From contig CAZCME010000010.1 of the NCBI GenBank assembly GCA_964499705.1, forward strand, positions 22,280 to 86,279: a stretch of DNA of 64,000 bases, written 5' to 3'. The first letter of the stretch is position 1. Each line of letters starts with the position of its first letter. Made by a program: the position numbers and the translations under genes. The DNA is from an uncultured bacterium (GTDB lineage Bacteria > UBA8481). Shown here one piece after another: positions 57,372-64,000 of the stretch. The notes beneath the pieces were generated by a model that was not told the DNA's origin, searched no databases, and was given only the letters and a program-made list of their open reading frames with translations.

Positions 57372-57901
57372 ATAAGTCGACCGCGGACCGGCGGATACCG
57401 ATTCTCGTGGCTGTCCTCCTGATGGCCGGCGTTGTCTACCAGATGCGCACCCGACCCGCGCCGCCCCCGCCCGCCGTCGTGCGGGAAACTCAGGATCCCC
57501 TGAAACTGGCGGAGACGATCCACCAGGCGATCGCGGATTCGCTGGCCCTCGACCCCGCCGCGAAAATTGAGCACGCGGTGGAGGAGGCCACTGCGCACTA
57601 TGCAACGGCCTCCACCAATCCGGATTCCTTCGTCGCCGCCCGCGCTTGCTTCGGCATGGGCCAGCTTCAACTTCTGCGGGGCGACACGACATCGGCCCTC
57701 GAAGCCTGGCAACAGGTCGTCTCCCTCGGAAGCGACGACTTCTCCACGATGCGCGCCATGAAATCGATCGCCGACGCGGCGTCGGCGTCGGGAGATACGA
57801 TTCTCGCCCACCGGACCTACGGCGAAATTGTCCGCATCTTCGGTGACAGCGAATTGACCCAGGCCGGCAAGCTCATCGTCAATGCCTCAAGGAGGAAATA
57901 A
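57368..57901 (+). CDS. Hypothetical membrane-anchored protein
   Basis: ATGA overlap with the upstream stop. One TM (ILVAVLLMAGVVY). An Ala-rich helical remainder. Confidence 0.4.
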   Translation: MNKSTADRRIPILVAVLLMAGVVYQMRTRPAPPPPAVVRETQDPLKLAETIHQAIADSLALDPAAKIEHAVEEATAHYATASTNPDSFVAARACFGMGQLQLLRGDTTSALEAWQQVVSLGSDDFSTMRAMKSIADAASASGDTILAHRTYGEIVRIFGDSELTQAGKLIVNASRRK

Positions 57902-57958
57902 GGAAGCGGATTTGTCCCGGAAAGCCGGCGAGGCGGGGAGACACTGGCATTTTGAAAC

Positions 57959-58285
57959 ATGCGAAGTATACTCCTGCCGCTCATGCCTTATGAACGCCAC
58001 ATCTTCATCTGCACCAACGAGCGACCTCCGGATGCACCGCGCCCGTCCTGCCGGGGAACGGCCCTGCAGTCGCGGTTCAAGGATTCGCTCAAGAAGCACG
58101 GCGTATCGCCCGATCGGGTGCGCGCCAACAAATCAGGATGCCTCGATCACTGCGAGACCGGTCCGACCGTCGTCGTCTATCCCGATGCGATCTGGTACGG
58201 ACATGTCACGGAGGCGGATGTCGACGAGATCGTCGCATCCCACATCGTCGGAGGTGTTCCGGTGGAAAGGCTGCGCCTGAAATGA
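57959..58285 (+). CDS. Thioredoxin-like [2Fe-2S] ferredoxin
   Basis: Four Cys in the characteristic spacing (FICTNERP...C...SGCLDHCETGP). Roughly 108 aa. Confidence 0.6.
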   Translation: MRSILLPLMPYERHIFICTNERPPDAPRPSCRGTALQSRFKDSLKKHGVSPDRVRANKSGCLDHCETGPTVVVYPDAIWYGHVTEADVDEIVASHIVGGVPVERLRLK

Positions 58286-58956
58286 AGATCAATGTCGAAG
58301 CATTCGCGGCCGCTCGCCAGAAGTTCGGCTTCTCCAAGAGCACGATCGAGATCGTCGCGGGAGGCACGATCGAGTCGCTGGCCGCTCTTCTCGCGAAAAC
58401 CTATCCCGATACCCAGCGAGTCCTTTCCCTGTCGCGTTTCGCGCTCGACGGAGAATACGTCGAACGCGACGCGATCCTGAAGGACGGTTCCGTTGTATCC
58501 ATCATTCCGCCCGTCTCAGGTGGCGCGCCCCGCGCCATCATCTCGGAAGATCCCATCAGCCTCGACGAAGCCTTCCGGTGCGTGGCCACTCCGGCCGCAG
58601 GCGCCGTCGTCTTCTTCATCGGGACCGTGCGGGACCGGAATAACAACGCGGTGGTCCGGTATATCGAATATGAAAGCAAGACCGACATGGCGGCGCGGGA
58701 ACTTGAAAAGCTGATCACGGAAGCGCGGACCCAGTTCATCATCTCGGACGCCTTCATCCGCCATCGCATCGGCCGCATATCCACCGGCGAAGCGTCCGTC
58801 GTCATTGCCGTCGCCGCTCCGCATCGCGACGCGGCTTACCAGGCGAACGCGTGGCTGCTGGAGGAACTGAAGAAGAACGTTCCTATCTGGAAGAATGAAT
58901 CGCGTTTTGTGGACGGGCGTGTCGAAGAGGTCTGGCTGGGGATGGGTGGGGGCTGA
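58282..58956 (+). CDS. moaDE: Molybdopterin synthase MoaD-MoaE fusion protein
   Basis: The N-terminal roughly 80 aa end in ...SIIPPVSGG (the MoaD C-terminal GG). The remainder is MoaE-like (VVFFIGTVRD...YIEYESKTDMA...IWKNE). ATGA overlap with the ferredoxin stop. Confidence 0.7.
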   Translation: MKINVEAFAAARQKFGFSKSTIEIVAGGTIESLAALLAKTYPDTQRVLSLSRFALDGEYVERDAILKDGSVVSIIPPVSGGAPRAIISEDPISLDEAFRCVATPAAGAVVFFIGTVRDRNNNAVVRYIEYESKTDMAARELEKLITEARTQFIISDAFIRHRIGRISTGEASVVIAVAAPHRDAAYQANAWLLEELKKNVPIWKNESRFVDGRVEEVWLGMGGG

Positions 58957-58989
58957 AACAAAAGGATGAATTATGAAGGATGAAGTACT

Positions 58990-59700
58990 TCACCCTTTCA
59001 TGACGACGACATTGCCGGGAGGTAACCAATCCGCCGGATCCGAACCCCTATAGCATATCCTCGTAGAGAGCCCTCCCAACGCCGCCAGATGCGCCGGACC
59101 CGAATCGTTCCCCAGGAATGAATCATGATCAAGAATGAGTTTCTTCATGTCCAAAAGCGTCTCCGGCCGCTTCCAAACGAATCCCGCGGCGGAAATCAGG
59201 CGCTCCATGGAGGCGGCCTCGGCGGGGCCCAGCAGAAAGGTCGGATGATTCCCGCGATGCGCCTCCTCCAGGAAAAATTCGAGAGGCGCGTTTTTCGCGG
59301 CGCTGCCGGAGCCGGGGTGAATGATGAGACCCTTGCCGGTCGCTTCCGGTATCCGGAGAATCGCGGCTGCATCGCCCCCCAGCGACAGAGCGATATTCCG
59401 CATGTAGTCGTAGATGTTCGTCCGGTCCGCGGGAAACGGAGCTCGCCGCACCTGGAATCCTTCCATCGCTCCGGCGCTGAACGCGACGGACAAATCCGCC
59501 TTCTCCGCCAAGCGCGCCACGTCGCGGCGCGCGAGATCGTAGGACAGAACTTCATCATACAGGCCGGGATCGATCAGGCGGAGCCGCTCTTCCTGGCCTG
59601 ACAAGATGATCACGTCGAACTTCGCGCGCAGCGGAGCGAGAAATGCCGAGAGCGTCAGCGTGTCGCCGATCGCGCCATAACGATGCACGAGGAGCTTCAT
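58990..59700 (-). CDS. Glycosyltransferase family 9-like protein (short heptosyltransferase-like)
   Basis: The C-terminal LGNDSGPAHLAALGG is the GT9 signature. At 236 aa it is shorter than typical GT9 enzymes. Confidence 0.55.
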   Translation of the reverse strand: MKLLVHRYGAIGDTLTLSAFLAPLRAKFDVIILSGQEERLRLIDPGLYDEVLSYDLARRDVARLAEKADLSVAFSAGAMEGFQVRRAPFPADRTNIYDYMRNIALSLGGDAAAILRIPEATGKGLIIHPGSGSAAKNAPLEFFLEEAHRGNHPTFLLGPAEAASMERLISAAGFVWKRPETLLDMKKLILDHDSFLGNDSGPAHLAALGGLSTRICYRGSDPADWLPPGNVVVMKG

Positions 59701-60806
59701 TTCAGCTCGCGGTATACCTTCTCCATGTCGAACATCATCCGGTCCAGAGCGTACTCGCGCCGGACGAAATCGAGCGCCTTCCGGCGCACCTGACGGGCCA
59801 ACTCCGGTTCGCGGATGAATCGCAGGATATTCGCCGCCAGTGCCCCGGCGTCTCCGATCTCGGAGAGAAGCCCGCGCTCTTCCGCGAGCAGGTCGACAAC
59901 CCCGCCCGCTCCGGTTCCGACCACGACCACGCCCGCGGCGAAAGCTTCGATCACCGACATCGGAGTGCCTTCGTTCTTCGATGAGATCGCGAGGATATCC
60001 AGGGTCGGCATCAGATTCTCGATGTCATTGCGGTTTCCCAGGAACTCCGCCTCTGCGCCAGCCGCCCGCTCCAGTTCCGCACGCATCTCCCCGTCTCCGA
60101 TGAAGACGAGCCTGGCTCGCGGCTCCTCTTTCATGACGATCCGGCCCGCTTCGAGAAAAAGAAACGGATCCTTGATCGCCGTGAGCCGGCCCACCAGCCC
60201 GATGCGGATGTTCGCTCCGCCTTCACCCATGTCAGCACTCCGGGGCTTGAAGGCGTTCACATCGATGCCGAGCGGAACGATCCGGAAGACGGATGGATCG
60301 GCGACGCGGTAATGCAGAGCCAGCTCGTCGAATTGCTGCCGCGATATGACGATGATCCGGTCGGAGGCGAACCGACCGAGAAAACGCTCGATTCCCCGGA
60401 AGACCGTCGTCATCAGCGGAGAAAAATATCCATGCAGAACGTGACCGTGGAACGTGTGCACTGTTCTGATGCGTTTCGCCCGGACAAGATTCAGCACAAG
60501 CGCCGCGCTCCGGCCCAGCATGCCCGCCTTGGCCGTGTGCGTGTCGATGATGTCGGGATTATGCAGATGGATGAGCCGGAGAATCTTCAGAAAGACCGCC
60601 AGGTCCTTCAAGCCGATGGACCGCCCCAGCCCCGACAGGTAAAGCGGCGTCACGCCTTCCGCCCGGCAGAACGCGGTCATTTCTTCCTCGTTCGCCTCCA
60701 CATGGCCTGAAACGAGAATCGGCTCGAAATCGGGACCCGCGCGGGAAGTGAGCCAGATGACGTGGCGCGCGGGGCCGCCGATGTTCAGGCGGGCGATGAT
60801 CCTCAT
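59697..60806 (-). CDS. Glycosyltransferase family 4 (GT-B, glycosyl transferases group 1)
   Basis: Start MRIIARLNIGGPARH is a typical GT4 N-terminus. The C-terminal ExxxxxxE-type region SSKNEGTPMSVIEAFAAG. Upstream ORF-track residues are rejected as an extension. Confidence 0.75.
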   Translation of the reverse strand: MRIIARLNIGGPARHVIWLTSRAGPDFEPILVSGHVEANEEEMTAFCRAEGVTPLYLSGLGRSIGLKDLAVFLKILRLIHLHNPDIIDTHTAKAGMLGRSAALVLNLVRAKRIRTVHTFHGHVLHGYFSPLMTTVFRGIERFLGRFASDRIIVISRQQFDELALHYRVADPSVFRIVPLGIDVNAFKPRSADMGEGGANIRIGLVGRLTAIKDPFLFLEAGRIVMKEEPRARLVFIGDGEMRAELERAAGAEAEFLGNRNDIENLMPTLDILAISSKNEGTPMSVIEAFAAGVVVVGTGAGGVVDLLAEERGLLSEIGDAGALAANILRFIREPELARQVRRKALDFVRREYALDRMMFDMEKVYRELK

Positions 60807-60851
60807 GATTTTGATTTTATGCATGCAGGCTCTATAATAGCCGCCTTCATC

Positions 60852-62942
60852 ATGAAGCGCATCAGCCTGTTTGACGACATATCCGTGATTCGCGGCGTGG
60901 GACCCAAGCGCGTCGAGGCGTTTCATCACCTTGGCATCCGCAGGATGATCGATCTCGTGACCCATGTCCCGCGCCGCTACGAAGACCGCCGCGTTCTCAC
61001 TCCGATCGGCGCGCTTCATTACAATCAGACCGCGATCATTCTCGGCCGGCTCGAGGAGATCACGTCGCGCCAGATCCGCCCCCGGCTTTCCCTGCACAAG
61101 GCCACGCTGTCGGACTCCTCGGGCAGCATCTCCGTCAATTTCTTCAACCAGGATTACATCCTCGGTCGCACGGCGCCGGGATCCGACTGGGCCGTCTTCG
61201 GGAAATGCGTGAAGTTCGGCCATGACCTCGTCTTCTCCATGAAGGAGCTCGATCTCCGGTCACGCGGCGCCGCGATCGGGCTCGGCACGATTCTCTCCTA
61301 CTACCCGGCTTCGTCCGCGACTCCGCAGGGCTACATGCGCAGGACGATCCAGGACCTGGTGCTGCACCTCGACGGCATCGAGCCGGCTCCTCCGGTGTAT
61401 CCCGAATTGCCGTCGTTCGCCGACGCCGCGCGCATGGCTCACATGCCGCGCACGATCGACAGCGAGGCTCGGCGGCTGAAGAAATACGTGCGCGACGAGC
61501 CCGAACTGGGCCGACGCCGCCTGGCGATGGACGAACTGGTGATGGTGCGGATCTGCGTGGAGCAGGTGCGCCGGGCCCGGCCGCCCGTCGCGCGCGCCGC
61601 CGTCGTCCGCTCGATCGCGCTCGCGTTGCCGTATGAGCTCACGACCGAGCAGGCATCGATCCGCGATGAAATATTCGCGGACCTCGACGGATCGAGACCG
61701 ATGCGGAGGCTCGTGGAGGGCGACGTCGGATCGGGAAAGACCGTGCTCGGCATTCTTGCGGCCGTGCATGCGGCGGAGCGCGGCCGAAAAACGGCGTTTC
61801 TCTCCCCGACGGAAATTCTCGCGGAGCAGCATTACGGCACGTGGCGGGAAGCGCTCGACAAGGCCGGGCTCAAGTCGCATCTCCTCATGGGCGCGACTCC
61901 GAAGAAAGCGCGCGAGGTGATCCTGGCGGCGGCGGTTTCGGACGAGCCCGCCGTTTTCTTCGGAACGCATGCGCTTCTGTCCACATCCGTCCGCTACGAA
62001 CGGCTCGGGCTCGTCATCGTCGACGAGCAGCAGCGGTTCGGCGTGGCGCAGCGCGATGCGCTGGTCCGCAAGGGGGAACAGGGCGGCGCGGAACCCGATC
62101 TCCTGATCCTGACGGCGACTCCGATCCCGAGGACCCTGGCGATGACGATGTATGGAGACTTGGAAATCTCCACGCTGCTTCACCGCCTTCCCGGGCGCAC
62201 CGGCGTCCAGACGATTCACCTCACGGAGTCGCAGCGGAAACAGATGATGCCTTTGGTGCGCGGAGCGTTGGCGCGCGGGGAGCGGATCTACATCGTGTAT
62301 CCGATCATCGAGGAAGAAGACGAGGACGAGGAGAATGACGAGCGGCCCACGCTGAAGAACGCGAAGAGCCAGCACAAGAAGATCCGGGAAGCCTTTCCGG
62401 ATGCGAACGCGGCGCTCTTGACCGGCCAGACGAAATCGGACCAGAAGGAATCGACCATGCGGGATTTCCGCGACGGGAAAATATCCATACTCGTCGCGAC
62501 ATCGGTGGTGGAAGTGGGGATCGACGTTCCGGAAGCGACGCTGATGGTGATCGAGCACGCGGAGCACTTCGGGCTGGCGCAACTGCACCAGTTGCGGGGG
62601 CGCGTCGGGCGCGGAGGCAGGCCCGGCACGTGCGTCCTGACGACCGCGGACAATCTCGCCGAATATGCCGCGCAGAGAATCGAGGCGCTCCTGACGACGC
62701 AGGACGGTTTCAGGATCGCGGAAGAAGACCTGGAGCTCCGCGGGCCCGGTGAAATGCTCGGCGAACGCCAGCACGGCGGCACGGAGCTGCGCGTCGCCCA
62801 GCTCCTGACCGACAAGGATCTGATCCCGGGCGCCTCCGACGAGGCTCAGCGCATCATGGACGCGGATCCGGCGCTTGAGGCTCATCCCTTCATCCGCGGC
62901 TACAAGGAATCGCTCGAAGCCGTCGGCGCGGATCTCCTGTGA
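60852..62942 (+). CDS. recG: ATP-dependent DNA helicase RecG
   Basis: N-terminal wedge domain. Helicase motif I GDVGSGKT. DEQQRFG (motif II). C-terminal helicase motifs. A TATAAT box at 60832-60838 upstream. Start is ATG 60852 (MKRISLFDD). Confidence 0.85.
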   Translation: MKRISLFDDISVIRGVGPKRVEAFHHLGIRRMIDLVTHVPRRYEDRRVLTPIGALHYNQTAIILGRLEEITSRQIRPRLSLHKATLSDSSGSISVNFFNQDYILGRTAPGSDWAVFGKCVKFGHDLVFSMKELDLRSRGAAIGLGTILSYYPASSATPQGYMRRTIQDLVLHLDGIEPAPPVYPELPSFADAARMAHMPRTIDSEARRLKKYVRDEPELGRRRLAMDELVMVRICVEQVRRARPPVARAAVVRSIALALPYELTTEQASIRDEIFADLDGSRPMRRLVEGDVGSGKTVLGILAAVHAAERGRKTAFLSPTEILAEQHYGTWREALDKAGLKSHLLMGATPKKAREVILAAAVSDEPAVFFGTHALLSTSVRYERLGLVIVDEQQRFGVAQRDALVRKGEQGGAEPDLLILTATPIPRTLAMTMYGDLEISTLLHRLPGRTGVQTIHLTESQRKQMMPLVRGALARGERIYIVYPIIEEEDEDEENDERPTLKNAKSQHKKIREAFPDANAALLTGQTKSDQKESTMRDFRDGKISILVATSVVEVGIDVPEATLMVIEHAEHFGLAQLHQLRGRVGRGGRPGTCVLTTADNLAEYAAQRIEALLTTQDGFRIAEEDLELRGPGEMLGERQHGGTELRVAQLLTDKDLIPGASDEAQRIMDADPALEAHPFIRGYKESLEAVGADLL

Positions 62943-62952
62943 AGGTGCGCGC

Positions 62953-63474
62953 ATGATCCGGATCATCGCGGGCTCTCTCAAGAACCGCGCGATCGCGGTC
63001 CCGCACCACGGGCTCGTGAGGCCCACGGCGAACATGGTCCGGAAGGCGGTCTTCGACATTCTCGGAGCCCGGATCGAATTCACGGGAATGCGCTTCCTGG
63101 ATCTCTGCGCCGGGACCGGCGCCGTCGGCCTGGAGGCGATCTCGCGCGGAGCCTCCTTCGTCGAATTCATCGAGTCTGACGCTCAGGCGTTGAAGCTCAT
63201 CCAGGAGAATCTCCGCGTCTTCCGCGTCGAAGATCGCGCGCTCGCGCACACCGGGCTCATGCCGAGGAACAAGCATTTCGACGCGGCCTTCGTGGATCCG
63301 CCGTATGCGGAAGGCGAACTCGGGCTCGATGCGGCGATCGCCTCGTTGAATCCGGGCGCCTATCTTTTTCATGAGACGGATATGCCGGAACCTGCTCCGG
63401 TCGCGGGCGCGGCAATCGAAAAAATCTACAAGTACGGCAAGACGTTTCTCCATCTCTATTCGAGAAAAGCATGA
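62953..63474 (+). CDS. rsmD: 16S rRNA (guanine966-N2)-methyltransferase
   Basis: RIIAGSLKNR. DLCAGTGAVGLEAISRGA (SAM-binding). FVDPPY (catalytic DPPY). 173 aa. Confidence 0.8.
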   Translation: MIRIIAGSLKNRAIAVPHHGLVRPTANMVRKAVFDILGARIEFTGMRFLDLCAGTGAVGLEAISRGASFVEFIESDAQALKLIQENLRVFRVEDRALAHTGLMPRNKHFDAAFVDPPYAEGELGLDAAIASLNPGAYLFHETDMPEPAPVAGAAIEKIYKYGKTFLHLYSRKA

Positions 63475-64000
63475 AGCGACGCATCCTCGTATCTCTTACG
63501 GCCGCCTGCGTCACCGCGCTCATCTGCGTCATCGTCGGCAAGGGAGCCGCGGCGATCCTCGACGAGCGCGTGCGCACCGCGATCGAAAAGGTCGCGGTTC
63601 GCTACGGCGTGGAATGCCGGTACGATGCCGTGTCGTTCGTCAGCCTCACCGGCGTCTCGATCGCCGGCCTCCGGGTTTCCGTGCCCGGATGCCCCTCCTT
63701 TCTCCGCGCGGCCGACGTCAAGGTGCTCTTCGACCTTCGCGCCTACATGACGGGGAAACCGTACGTGACCGGGATCGACGCGGACGAGGCCGAGCTGATT
63801 CTGCGAAGGGATGCACAGGGCATATGGGATCTGACGCGCCTCTCCATCCGGGAGGATTCGGCCGCGGGAAAACGTGCTTCGACGATCGCGTGGCCGCTCT
63901 CCATCGAGGTCGACGAATTCGCGATGACGCTCGACCTGTCGCAAGACAGCGCCACAAAGACGATCGAAACCGTCGAAGGAACGATGGACCTTCCGGGCAA
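63471..64000 (+). CDS. Hypothetical membrane-anchored protein; 3' end lies outside the window
   Basis: ATG at 63471 overlaps the rsmD stop (ATGA). An N-terminal TM (ILVSLTAACVTALICVIVG). The reading frame is open to the window end. Confidence 0.4.
   Translation, partial: MKRRILVSLTAACVTALICVIVGKGAAAILDERVRTAIEKVAVRYGVECRYDAVSFVSLTGVSIAGLRVSVPGCPSFLRAADVKVLFDLRAYMTGKPYVTGIDADEAELILRRDAQGIWDLTRLSIREDSAAGKRASTIAWPLSIEVDEFAMTLDLSQDSATKTIETVEGTMDLPG

Noticed and set aside
56010-57692. 560-aa minus-strand ORF
   Set aside because: Antisense to DUF4139 paralog 3. Arg/Pro-rich.

Overview
This is a high-GC window (about 64-66% GC) with dense coding on both strands. It appears to come from an uncultivated Gram-negative-type bacterium: outer-membrane beta-barrels, Wza/Wzc, ExeA, lipoproteins and a Tad-type ATPase are all present. 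I found no rRNA, tRNA or CRISPR array. The ORF track uses ATG/GTG/TTG starts, so several listed starts are alternative codons. Many long ORFs antisense to real genes are GC-driven artefacts and were discarded.

Content from 5' to 3':
- A truncated monothiol glutaredoxin, a YtxH-like protein, a Gfo/Idh/MocA oxidoreductase operon, and an NAD-dependent epimerase.
- A translationally coupled PilZ-HDOD pair, a transglutaminase-like lipoprotein, and a GAF sensor histidine kinase.
- An M50 site-2 protease overlapping a squalene/phytoene-synthase-family gene.
- An RsbW-like kinase/STAS fusion protein immediately followed by THREE tandem EutN/CcmL/PduN (BMC-P vertex) genes and a DAHP synthase. No BMC-H shell gene occurs anywhere in the 64 kb.
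- An orphan CpaF/TadA ATPase, TPR proteins, and a Sir2 deacylase.
- Two tandem giant paralogous secreted proteins (1940 and 2014 aa) built from Asp-box (BNR), parallel beta-helix, FN3 and dockerin-like modules.
- A phosphohexomutase and a TPR/peptidase-MA-like protein.
- An EPS export operon (Wza, Wzc, two small proteins, an ExeA-like ATPase with a peptidoglycan-binding domain).
- The best candidate for a novel system: a lower-GC pocket encoding a 74-aa, 8-Cys peptide immediately downstream of two paralogous radical-SAM/SPASM enzymes, with a divergent HPr-kinase-like P-loop protein. This is a putative RiPP (thioether-type) biosynthetic cluster.
- Downstream of that: argC, uvrC, an outer-membrane beta-barrel, a PspA/IM30 + AAA+ ATPase pair, an RCK-domain channel-like protein, adenosine deaminase, three tandem DUF4139-like paralogs, a ferredoxin plus MoaD-MoaE fusion, a GT9 and a GT4 glycosyltransferase, recG, rsmD, and a truncated ORF.

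Two MITE-like inverted-repeat elements share GGGGACA...TGTCCCC termini. One sits after the second giant gene; the other sits exactly where the third DUF4139 paralog should have its start codon.
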